From Octopus sinensis (taxonomy: Eukaryota), in the NCBI RefSeq assembly GCF_006345805.1, contig NC_043008.1, forward strand, positions 19,716,001 through 19,780,000: 64,000 bases of DNA, given 5' to 3'. Below, piece by piece: positions 53,240-64,000 of this stretch. The stretch's first letter is position 1. Each line of letters starts with the position of its first letter. The translations under genes were made by a program, and so were the position numbers. Below the pieces are notes generated by a model. That model searched no databases, was not told the origin of the DNA, and saw only the letters and a program-made list of their open reading frames with translations.

Positions 53240-54470
53240 ATGGCCACCACAGACACCAACACCAACACACACACCACAAAAATATTTCTACTGAATGTAG
53301 GAGGGCTGCTGCGCGGAAACTGTAAAAAGAAAATTTCATTCCTGAGAGACCTTGTGACATGCAATCAAGCTATATGCATGGCACTCACAGAAACGCATCT
53401 TGAACCCGATATAGGTGATGCAGAAATACACATGCCGCAATATGCAGTCATACGCACAGATAGAAAAGGGAGGAGCCACGGTGGAGTTGCAATGTACATC
53501 CGAGATGACCTCACGCCTCAGGTCCTGCTGTCATATTCAAACTCAGTATGTGAAACTCAAATTGTACACATAAGACAAACTGATATATCGTCATATGCAC
53601 TACATATCGCCCACCAGACGCCCCAAAACACTCAGGTGTTTGAAGTCCTCACCAACAGCACAACAATAGTGTATTCTTCATGGGTGACTTTAACCTCCCC
53701 AATGTGGAATGGCCTGGGGGGCAGATGCTCCCAGAGATGACACACCATCAGCAGGCACAGTGGAGTCCCTGCTCCATCTCACAAATACCTCTTTCATGGA
53801 GCAAATAGTTCTGCAACCAACAAGGGCAGATAATATACTGGATCTCTGCTTCACAAACAATATGGATATTATCCATAATGTTAATGTGATGCCGACAATG
53901 ATCTCGGATCACAACATAATAGAGCTGTCTATGTATGGAACAAAAGCCCCCGCAGACACACAGCCTATACGAAGCACCTACCATCTCTCCAACTTAAACT
54001 TTCATAAAGCCAACTGGAGTCGATTGAGAAAGAGATCCTCAAACAGGATTGGCCTGAATGTCTCTCCACACCGGACATAAACATGAAACACAAACACTTC
54101 ATGTCCATAATACAAGCCATATGTGACAAATATGTCCCAATGTGCAGGGCCAGCACACACAAGAACAAAAACAGGATCCCTAGAGAAAGAGGATTCTTAT
54201 GAGACGACGGACAAGGATTGCAAACGCCTGAGCAAGCACACCAAAAGTGGTGAGAAGTCTCGGCTCGAAAGAATGCTAATGGAAACTGAGAAATGTCTAC
54301 ATCAGTCCCATGAAAAGGAGAGAGCAGATAAAGAAGCTTGGGTAATAGAAAATATAAAATCAAACCCTAAAGCTTTCTTTAAGTTTGCCAAAGAGACAGC
54401 CACAGTGCACCAGAGAATAGGACCTCTCTTCCAAAAAGATGACTCTCTCACAGGAAATCCACGAGGATAA
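53240..54470 (+). pseudogene. LINE ORF2 N-terminal part: AP endonuclease and linker, broken by frameshifts and a stop
   Basis: LLNVGGL, LTETHL, GGVAMYI, MGDFNLP, NILDLCFTN, SDHNII and IKSNPKAFFKF motifs spread over several frames. Confidence 0.9.
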
Positions 54471-54499
54471 GTGAAATACTGAACGAACAGTTCCAAAGT

Positions 54500-56218
54500 G
54501 TGTTCACTACACCTCTAGGACACAGGCAAGTAAACAACCCAGAAGAATTCTTTGCCACTTTACCAGCGGCCAAAGAGACAAAAATTGAGTACATCAACAT
54601 CGAAGAAGATGATATCACACTAGCCATTGATGAGATTGACACAAACTCAGCTGCTGGACCTGATGGATTCCCAGTGATCCTTCTCAAACCGTGCGAACGA
54701 GCCCTTGCAAAACCGCTACAGCTTCTTTTTCAGAGCTTTCTTGCAAGTGGTAAGCTCCCAGTCAAACTGAAAGAGGGGGTAATATGCCCTATCCATAAGG
54801 GAGGTAGCAGAGCAGATGCTAAAAATTATAGGCCTATCTCTCTGACCTCACACATCAGCAAAGTCATGGAACGAATAGTCCGTAAGAAACTAATCATGTT
54901 CCTTGAAGAAAATGACTTACTGTCTGACACCCAGCATGGATTTCGACCAGGTAGAGGCTGCCTAACACAGCTCCTGCAACACTATGACTGGGTGTTGAAA
55001 CAGCTACTAAATGGCTCAAATGTGGATGTAATATATCTTGACTTTGCAAAAGCCTTTGATAAAGTCGACCATGGTATGATCTGTCACAAACTGCGTGGTC
55101 TCGGCATAGGCGGGAAACTTGGAGAGTGGCTGCACAACTTCCTAAAAGACAGAAAACAGGCAGTTATGAGCAATGGCGCCACCTCCAGGGAAACGCAAAT
55201 AACAAGCGGTGTCCCACAGGGCACTGTCTTGGGGCCACTGATGTTCATAGTGGCCCTTTCAGACATGCTTTCAGTTGCTGCGATGACCACCCTTGCTAGC
55301 TATGCAGATGACACAAAAGTCTCCCACGCAATACAAAACCCTGAAAATATTGCGCATCTGCAACATGAGCTGGACACAATATACAGGTGGGCTGAGGACA
55401 ACAACATGCAGTTTAATGCAGGTAAGTTCCAGGCCCTGCGCTACTGGCACACAAAGGTAAATGACGTGAAGACTGGATACACTGGCCCAGGAAGAATTGC
55501 AATCCCTGAGTCAAAATCAGTGCGTGACCTGGGCATTGACATGAGCAATGATGCATCTTTCCAAATGCATATTGCTAATCTGGTGATAAAATGCAGACGG
55601 CTAGCTGGATGGATTCTCCGAACTTTCAGAACAAGAGAGAAGGAGACACTGATGGTCCTATGGAAAACATTTGTCCTCAGCCGCTTGGACTACTGCTCCC
55701 AACTTTGGTCACCACACAATATAAAACAAACAGCAGAACTCGAAGCAACTCAGAGAAGCTACACAAAGAAAATCGTCTCAATGCAAAATGTCAGCTACTG
55801 GGAAAGACTGAAGGTATTAAACCTCTTCTCCCTGGAGCGGAGGCGGGAGAGATATGCAGTGATATACATCTGGAAAATCCTGGAGGGTCTTGTCCCAAAC
55901 TTTGGCATTCAAAGTTACTCCAACCGCAGAACGGGGCGCCGCTGCGTGGTGCCAAGGATTCCAACATCACCATCAAAATACAGGTCCAGATACTGCAACA
56001 GCTTGGGTTTCAGAGGACCACAGCTCTTTAACATCCTCCCTAAATGCCTGAGAGACTTACATGGTGTGGATGTGGGTTTCTTTAAAACTAAACTGGATCT
56101 CTTCTTGTTGGGAGTCCCAGATGAACCTACCTCACGACAGGAGACACGGATGCGGGCAGCAGCATCGAACTCCCTTGTTGATCAAGTGCCACGTATCAGA
56201 GGTGGATTCACAAACTAG
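54500..56218 (+). CDS. LINE ORF2 reverse transcriptase domain and C-terminus (open 572-codon segment)
   Basis: NYRPISLTS, QHGFR, LDFAKAFDKVDH, GVPQGTVLGP, YADDTK, LFSLERRR. Confidence 0.95.
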   Translation: MFTTPLGHRQVNNPEEFFATLPAAKETKIEYINIEEDDITLAIDEIDTNSAAGPDGFPVILLKPCERALAKPLQLLFQSFLASGKLPVKLKEGVICPIHKGGSRADAKNYRPISLTSHISKVMERIVRKKLIMFLEENDLLSDTQHGFRPGRGCLTQLLQHYDWVLKQLLNGSNVDVIYLDFAKAFDKVDHGMICHKLRGLGIGGKLGEWLHNFLKDRKQAVMSNGATSRETQITSGVPQGTVLGPLMFIVALSDMLSVAAMTTLASYADDTKVSHAIQNPENIAHLQHELDTIYRWAEDNNMQFNAGKFQALRYWHTKVNDVKTGYTGPGRIAIPESKSVRDLGIDMSNDASFQMHIANLVIKCRRLAGWILRTFRTREKETLMVLWKTFVLSRLDYCSQLWSPHNIKQTAELEATQRSYTKKIVSMQNVSYWERLKVLNLFSLERRRERYAVIYIWKILEGLVPNFGIQSYSNRRTGRRCVVPRIPTSPSKYRSRYCNSLGFRGPQLFNILPKCLRDLHGVDVGFFKTKLDLFLLGVPDEPTSRQETRMRAAASNSLVDQVPRIRGGFTN

Positions 56219-57758
56219 TGTAGCTCATTCAGCGGTGGTGCCCCAGCATGGCCGCGGCCTTCGGGCTAAAACATTTTTAAGGATTTAAGGATTTATATAT
56301 GATATATATATATATACATATATGATATATATATATACATATATGATATATATATATATATTATATATATATATATATATTATATATATACTAAGCAATA
56401 AGGGTTTAGCAACGAATTGCCTTACCACATACCGAATTAGAAATAGCAGTCAAAGGGTTATAGCTATTTCTTCTACTAAAAAGGGAGATCTCAGTAAAAA
56501 CAGCAATTGGAAGGCTGACACAAACAGGTAAGAGAGAATGAATTAACTGCAATCTATCAAACATTTTTATATATATATATATTCCATGAATACCTTTATA
56601 TACTTTTCTACTCTAGGTACAAGGACCGAATCCCTAAATATCTTTATATATGTAAAGTTCGAATATCAATATAATGCACGATGAATAATAAAGTATCACT
56701 ATTGAAATCTGAGAGCATCATCTGATATATATATATTTTCTGTTCTAAGAGTAAATTTGTTAAAAGTCTTCAGGTCATAATATATTTGAGTGTTTATTGA
56801 ATAGTGCCTTGACTGGGTTTCATTGACTGCAAGTTATATACATAAGTATATAAATACACACACACAACACACACACACCCACATATATGTATATATATAT
56901 ATTACAAACTATTCAGAATCTATACTCAGTAAGACAGGAAACATTAAAACAACTCTCATTTATTTTTTCTTCCAAAGTTTTATGGAGGTTAATATTTTAG
57001 TTGGTGCTTTGAAAACATGAACCCATTCGTGTATTGATACAAAATGTTAGAACTCCAAAGACCGACCAACATATATGGTAGTCTCCTAAGCCAGTTACTT
57101 TATTTCTATTTTGAATTGTTCCCGGAAAGTAGACCAGTATTTGTCATTACAAGAATGAATAGAACCGGAAAACGTATTTAATACAGTAGAATTATACAGG
57201 CAAAGGATAGTGTGGGATTCTTTTATGCATATTCTACATCTAGCCATAATCGTATTGGATGTGGCTGGAGGGGACTCATCTATAATAGTCCAAGATAATG
57301 TATAAGTGATGTTTTGTAATTTTAAATCATGTTGAGCCTTTGCGTTTTCGCTTATTGAAAGAATTAAGATGAGTCATATTCCGTGTCTTAAAATGTAAAG
57401 TGTTTTCTATATTTACTCTTACTTGATGTTTCTCATTTACCACGCTGTATTTTGAAATTGCGCTTTGACAGCAGACATAATTTGGAGACGCTACAGCTAC
57501 ATGTTTTCGCATGCTTATCTGTAATTTTACTTGGATTTGTTAAGGTAGAGGCAAATTTACTTAGTAGAGTTGGGATTGTTTGCGTTTAGATTTAGATAGA
57601 ATTACCTTTATTTGTTTATTGATATTATTTGGACGTATATGGTGTACCTTACGATGATCTAAGTATTTAGTCCTTTGAATTAGGAGTTTATTTCTATTTA
57701 TGGATGCAAAAATAGGTCACAAATTAAGCGTGGCAGAGTAAAATAATTTTATAGGATG

Positions 57759-57829
<71 letters not shown>

Positions 57830-58091
57830 TTATTTATTTGTATGGATGGGTAGATAGATGGGTAGAAGGATGAATAGAAGCAGGGCCGCATGGATGCGTG
57901 TGCGTATATTTGATTGTAACCTTGTGCAACAATTATGAGTCAAGTTTGCTCATTTGCAGTCTTCCTTGCATCAATCCCTCCATTCTACTACCCATTCACC
58001 CATCTATCCATTCATCCATTCATCCATCCATCCACCTATATAGATATATGCATGTGTGTGTGTCCATGTATGTATATATACATACACATAC

Positions 58092-58122
<31 letters not shown>

Positions 58123-58264
58123 TGTATGTATGTATGGATGGATGGATGGATGGATGGATGGATGGATAGATGGGTGAATGGGTAGTAGAATGGAGGGATT
58201 GATGCAAGGAAGACTGCAAATGAACAAACTGGATGGATGGATGGATGGATGGGTGGATGTGTGT

Positions 58265-58521
58265 GTGAAGGTGCGTGGTTTAGTGTTTGGGGCATTCGGC
58301 TCATGAGCGTAAGGTCGTGAGTTCAAATCTCGGAGACGTGCTGTGTCCTTGAGCAAGTCGTTTTATTACATGCGAAAACATGTAGTTGTAGAGTTCCCGA
58401 ATTATGTGCGCTCGCTGGATTTCCTTTATGTATTTCACTTTCCTCCAGTCCACTCACCTGGCGAAAATGAGTAGTACATGTGTTTCAAAGAACCGGCCTT
58501 GTCGCACTTTGTGTCACGCTA
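58265..58521 (+). mobile_element. tRNA-derived SINE, head B + start of tail X, interrupted
   Basis: TGGTTTAGTG A box, GAGTTCAAATC B box, CCAGTCCACTCACCTG, GTGTCACGCT. Confidence 0.7.
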
Positions 58522-58871
58522 TGTATAGACGATGAGTTTATTTTCAGTTTCTCTCAAACGTATACACGCTTTGAAGGGCCCGAGGCAATAATAGAAGAAT
58601 GACACTTGCCCCGTGGGCCGCAAAATTTTCTGAATTCGTGACAATATGATTTGATAGCAAGCCCGTTCCAGAACACAAGGATGTCTGCAATTTCTTATTA
58701 TAAAGTAAATTAAGTTCGAACAGTGACACTGTGCTGCTCATTTTGAAGTGTATATTCCTTGAAATTGGATTTGGTTTCAAAATCATACTTCATTTAATAT
58801 ATTTCTAAAGCTCATTAGTAAATAATTAGAATAATCTAATGCAAAATGAAGTTAATATTAATCCTAGTGTA

Positions 58872-59075
58872 AGGTAGCAAGCTGACAGCTTCGTTAATAC
58901 ACTAGGAATAATCATTGCGGTATTTCATGTCTATTTATATCCTGAGTTCAAATTCCGCCGAGATCGACTATGCCGTTCTTCATTTCGTGGTTGATAAAAT
59001 TAATACCAGTAGCGCAGTGAGAGCGATCTTATCACTGATCCGCTCCTCAGAAATTGCTGGTTTTGGGACAAAATT
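58872..59075 (+). mobile_element. SINE family A, degenerate
   Basis: CTGAGTTCAAATTCCGCCGAGATCGAC. Confidence 0.7.
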
Positions 59076-60134
59076 GGAAATCAGTATGAATGGTAGTTCT
59101 TTTATAGTATCAATCTGTGCAGAAAAAAAAACAGAATGTGATATATTTATTTAAATGCAAAGAAATATTATTGAAAAGCTAGAGTCATTAAATATCTTTT
59201 TAAAATTCCATTTGACGTTTACAAATAACAAGAGTCGTTCATTATTCATAGCAGAAAGATGTGGCCCTACTAAAAGTGACAATTGATGAAGAATTATATT
59301 CCCAAGAATGGACAGCATTGCTATGACAAGTGAATATCCTTTATAGATATTTGGACATACAATGCTGACACATAGCTCTAAAATGCCAATGAACTTTATT
59401 CGATGCTGCTTTTCAAAACAGATGGATAATCATCTGCAGATTGAAACATACGAATAGACAGACACACAATAAATGTGTAAATCGGAAAATGTAGAAAACA
59501 ACACACACGCAAGCCGTTATGCAACACAATCGAATACTGACCGAAACCGCAGATTGCAAAGCAGATTTCTTAAGTATTTGCCCATACTGCACTTACAGGC
59601 TCAATATTAAGCCAAACGTATGCAGACAGAAACATGGAAAGTCACAATAAATTCATGTAAGGAACTTTATGTATATACATATATATATATGTATGTGTGT
59701 GTCTATATATATATATAGAGAGAGAGAGAGACCAAAGTGTACGTTCGGCGCTATATATATATTATATATATATACGAAATACAAAAGGGACAAGAACGCA
59801 AAACATTCGGGCAACTATGTGATACAAAAAGAGACAACAAAACATCCAGATAGACGATAAAAAAAAAACAAGGACGGGTCATTCCAAGCTTTTTATCCTC
59901 AGTCAAGTACCGGATCACAATTTCGGCTGATCACTCTTGAGATTGCTCCAATCTAGCCAGCCCCAAGGAAAAACTAAGCTAAGAGCATTAGATTCCTTGG
60001 AAGAAAGCATCGAATGTATACGAAAACAAGAACGGAAAAACAGACGATGTTACACAAAATAAATACACATCTGTGGGTGGGTGTAATTTTGTGTCATACA
60101 AAGTGCATTGATATTTATGTTGGAGTTGAGCCTG

Positions 60135-60335
60135 CAGGACCGTTTGCACGCAGGGCGAAATGCTTAGCGGCATTTCGTCCGTCTTTCTGTTCTAGTACAC
60201 CTTCCACCGTGGTCTGCTTTGCCTTTCATATTTTCCGGGTCTATAAAGCGAGTAGCAGTTGAGCACTGGGTTCGATGATATCGACGTGCCTTCACCTCCG
60301 AAGCTCCTGGTCTTGTGCCAAAATTTGAAACCGAT
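60135..60335 (+). mobile_element. SINE family A, degenerate
   Basis: GGGCGAAATGCTTAGCGGCATTTCGTC ... CTTTGCCTTTCAT. Confidence 0.7.
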
Positions 60336-60941
60336 ATTTCCATTGGAGATGGTATGAGATTTTTGATTTACATCAAGATATATTTACGGTCGGACGTTTT
60401 TCTTTTTGTTCTGTCAGCTTCTCCTTCAACCTTAAAATATTTCAAGATAACTTTAGCCATACCTTTTAACATTTTTGTTTTTGTCTTTATCTTCTTAGCT
60501 TCATCTTAAGCAGACGCTGCGATGCTGTTGAATATACAGATACCGTATCTGATTATCATTTACAATTCATAGCGTTTGATTTGTTCAGCATTAATAAAGA
60601 AGGATCTTGTGATAGTATCTTTTCTCCAAGATTTAAAGAATGTTAATTTTGTTTGCCTTCTCTTCAGAATATGTATTCCATGTTCGATATGCTAATTGAA
60701 CAGGAATACAGGCGTCACAAACAGTGCAATGCTTGAAATTTAGTCCTACGTAAAATTATTGCAGACAATAATAGAAGTACGACGCACGACGTCCAAAGTA
60801 TTGCGAGATCTTTCTCAGTAGACTCACATATACTCTTACATACGTACATCCATCTATACGTACACACTCACATATATGTGCGTGTGGGTTTATATGTCCA
60901 TATGCGTGTTCGTACGTATATATGTGTGTATGTATATGTGA

Positions 60942-60987
<46 letters not shown>

Positions 60988-61159
60988 CAATTAATAAATG
61001 GCAAAAGTACAGGGATTTCGTTATCACCGCGCTATGTAATAAGCCAGTCTTGCGCTCTGTATTTTCCAGAAGCTTCACTCTGCAACATAACTATATTGAG
61101 TTCTAAAGACTGCTTGTTAGTATCAGTTAGCCTAAGTAGTTATTATATATATATATATA

Positions 61160-61330
61160 TACACACATTTTTTCTCCCTTTGTTTTTTTTCTGTGTCCCT
61201 TTCTGTAGAAGAGCGTAGGATCGAATCGTAAAAGACTTTTTCTATTCCTGAGCGTTATACCAATACATCTGTTTGTTTTGTACACCACCTGTCTTTGTCT
61301 TTTGTTTCTTTCGTAAACACCCCCTATATA
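61160..61330 (+). mobile_element. Family H repeat, hammerhead-like motif decayed
   Basis: CCTTTCTGTAGAAGAGCGTAGGATCGAATCGTAAAAGAC; body nearly identical to the 12160 copy. Confidence 0.75.
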
Positions 61331-61514
61331 TATATATATATATATATATATTCTCCAAACACCTTCTGCTTCTACAAACACAACATATATACACAAATGC
61401 TCCAAGAATTTAACCAAAGTAATAAAAGTAAAGAATACACTAAGGAACACAGATGTGTATGAATAATATTCCCTCATATTAATATTTTGTTATTGTTATT
61501 ATTATTATTATTAC

Positions 61515-62525
61515 TTTTTTTTTCTTCTTTCAAATTTGCTTCCATTTCTTGGCGAGTGTCTTCCCAACTCCTAGGGCAAAAAAACTCATAGTATACATTG
61601 GTAGGCCATTAAACCAAACTCAATAGTTCGTTCATGTTTTTTTTTGTTTTTTTTTAAAGTTAAATTAAAATACATGAGCAGTAACAGTTCTCACATCGAC
61701 AATGCTCTTCTCAATACGTGCGATGTACCAGTTAAGACAATCTTTTGCACTTCTTGCAGGGATGGTAAGCCAGGGATCATTCTCATATAATTTTCGGTTC
61801 CCTTCTTGATCATTCCTAGTGCTCCTACGATCACTGGTATTGTAACCGCCTTGAGATGCCACATTTTCTCAATTTCAATGAGTAGGTCTTTATATTTTCT
61901 GAGCTTGTCAAACTCTTTCGCCGAGATATTATGATCACAGGGGATGCTCATGTCGATCAATAAGCAAACTTTATTGTTTTGGTCTTTCACAACAATATCT
62001 GGTTTATTGGCCTTGATGGTTCGGTCTGTATGTACTGAAAATTCCCACAGAATGGTTACATTTTCTCCTTCAGTTACAGCCTCAGAGTGGTGATTATACC
62101 ACTTGTCGGCAGTTTTGATATTGTAATGCCGACTTATTAGCCAGTGGAGATATTGGCCAACTCTGTCATGTCTTAATTTATACTCCACTGGTGCTAAGAC
62201 TTTACATCCAGAGATTAGGTGGTCCACTGTTTCAATCATGTCGTTGCAGAATCGGCATTTTGGGTCTGCTCCATTTTTCATCACATTGGCCTGGTAGTTC
62301 CGGGTTAATAGGCTTTGATCTTGAGCAGCCAAGATGAAACCTTCGCTCTCTGCTTTTAGCCCTGAGCTCCGTAGCCACTGATGGGTTTGCTTCTGGTCAA
62401 CATCAGCTTGTTTGCTGCGGGTCACATATTTGCCGTGCAGAGGTTTCTCCTCCCACCTATCAGCCAATTGCTCGTGCGCTTTTTTCGTTGCCAACATTTT
62501 CACCTTCTTTGCAACAATAGTTGCC
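61515..62525 (-). mobile_element. 5'-truncated R4/Dong-like RLE retrotransposon, copy C
   Basis: Open frame 62503-61691 with CCHC knuckle CRFCNDMIETVDHLISGC, RHDRV, KPDIVV, LIDMSIP, K..KY; both ends in (AAT)n. Confidence 0.9.
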
Positions 62526-62577
<52 letters not shown>

Positions 62578-62614
62578 CATTACTATTATTATGATGATGA
62601 TGATGATGATGATG

Positions 62615-62655
<41 letters not shown>

Positions 62656-62680
62656 TATTATTATTATTATTATTACTATT

Positions 62681-63210
62681 CAGTAGTTTTATTTTTATAG
62701 CGAGCTTTCACTTCACTACCGAGCGCAGCTCTGTGTGCCTTGGGTATGTGCTGTGATTTGTTGTGATGCTCTGATGGTTATTGTATGGAAAGTGTTCTGC
62801 GTAGGATGTGTGCAGTGCCTAGTAGTGCAATTTTCTGTATGTTATATGCGTTTGTAAGTCCTGGTGTTTTTGTTATGTATTTGTCTGAATATTTTTTTAT
62901 CATGCCTAATGCACCTACTATGATAGGAATTGTTTCTGTTTTCAGATTCCACATTCTAGTTACCTCTATTTCCAGGTCTTTGTATTTTGAGAGTTCTCCA
63001 TTTCTTTTAGAGACACGTTGTCATCAGCCGGTATTGATACATCAATTAGAAAGCATTTTTTTTCTTCATGATCTCTGACAACTATATCTGATCTGTTGGC
63101 CTTAATTTCTCTATCTGTGTGTATCGGCATATCCCAGAGTATGGTTGCTTCTCATTTTCTGTGACCTTTTCTGGTGTGTGCCTATACCATCTTTTTTCTG
63201 TTGTTGTTCC
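62681..63210 (-). mobile_element. 5'-truncated R4/Dong-like RLE retrotransposon, copy D
   Basis: Near-identical to copy E; RLE C-terminus plus 3' UTR. Confidence 0.9.
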
Positions 63211-63316
63211 ATTATTATTACTATTATTATTATTATATTATTATATTATTATTATTATTATTATTATTATATTATTATTATCATTACTATTATTATGATG
63301 ATGATGATGATGATTA

Positions 63317-63348
<32 letters not shown>

Positions 63349-63369
63349 TATTATTATTATTATACTATT

Positions 63370-63902
63370 CAGTAGTTTTATTTTTATAGCGAGCTTTCAC
63401 TTCACTACCGAGCGCAGCTCTGTGTGCCTTGGGTATGTGCTGTGATTTGTTGTGATGCTCTGATGGTTATTGTATGGAAAGTGTTCTGCGTAGGATGTGT
63501 GCAGTGCCTAGTAGTGCAATTTTCTGTATGTTATATGTGTTTGTAAGTCCTGGTGTTTTTGTTATGTATTTGTCTGAATATTTTTTTATCATGCCTAATG
63601 CACCTACTATGATAGGAATTGTTTCTGTTTTCAGATTCCACATTCTAGTTACCTCTATTTCCAGGTCTTTGTATTTTGAGAGTTTCTCCATTTCTTTTAG
63701 AGACACGTTGTCATCAGCCGGTATTGATACATCAATTAGAAAGCATTTTTTTTCTTCATGATCTCTGACAACTATATCTGATCTGTTGGCCTTAATTTCT
63801 CTATCTGTGTGTATCGGCATATCCCAGAGTATGGTTGCTTTCTCATTTTCTGTGACCTTTTCTGGTGTGTGCCTATACCATCTTTTTTCTGTTGTTGTTC
63901 CA
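63370..63902 (-). mobile_element. 5'-truncated R4/Dong-like RLE retrotransposon, copy E
   Basis: IKANRSDIVV...LIDVSIP...KLSKYKDLEIEV...ILRRTLSIQ*; flanked by AAT/ATC arrays. Confidence 0.9.
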
Positions 63903-63912
63903 TTATTATTAC

Positions 63913-63963
<51 letters not shown>

Positions 63964-64000
63964 CATTACTATTATTATGATGATGATGATGATGATGATT

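Larger units (their letters stand above)
50712..56294 (+). mobile_element. Near full-length CR1/L2-group (APE-type) LINE in a TA microsatellite; 5' boundary inferred
   Basis: ORF1 remnants, APE + RT ORF2, short 3' UTR ending in TAAGGATT repeats; TA-rich arrays on both sides. Confidence 0.75.

Noticed and set aside
59700-60060. Structured repeat-like segment with CTGAGGA on the minus strand
   Set aside because: No properly placed GAAA or helices in this copy; family could not be assigned

Overview
AT-rich animal genomic DNA, packed with microsatellites and transposons. The tRNA-derived SINE families resemble those of Octopus, so a cephalopod origin is likely; this is inferred from repeat content, not proven. 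The only host-gene signal is the 3' end of a plus-strand protein kinase: exon 6775-6903 (kinase subdomains X-XI) and a probable last coding exon at 12466-12576. Mobile elements include a near full-length 5.6-kb CR1/L2-group LINE (about 50712-56294), five 5'-truncated R4/Dong-like RLE retrotransposon ends all inserted in (AAT)n arrays in one orientation, two decayed mariners, a Tc1-like deletion derivative, RTE-like fragments and about 25 SINE copies. Two results stand out. (1) Three foldback elements (5220, 27847, 47427) have arms that are inverted copies of type I hammerhead-ribozyme motifs with palindromic helix III, and a separate four-copy family carries a minimal, atypical hammerhead-shaped motif. 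Together these suggest non-autonomous, ribozyme-bearing elements related to Penelope-like elements. (2) The LINE ORF1 appears to combine a Myb/SANT (trihelix)-like domain with a CCCH zinc finger, and the LINE shares its 3' motif with a SINE family in the same window. Most short ORFs in the supplied track are microsatellite artefacts. All alignments and folds were done by eye; no searches were run.
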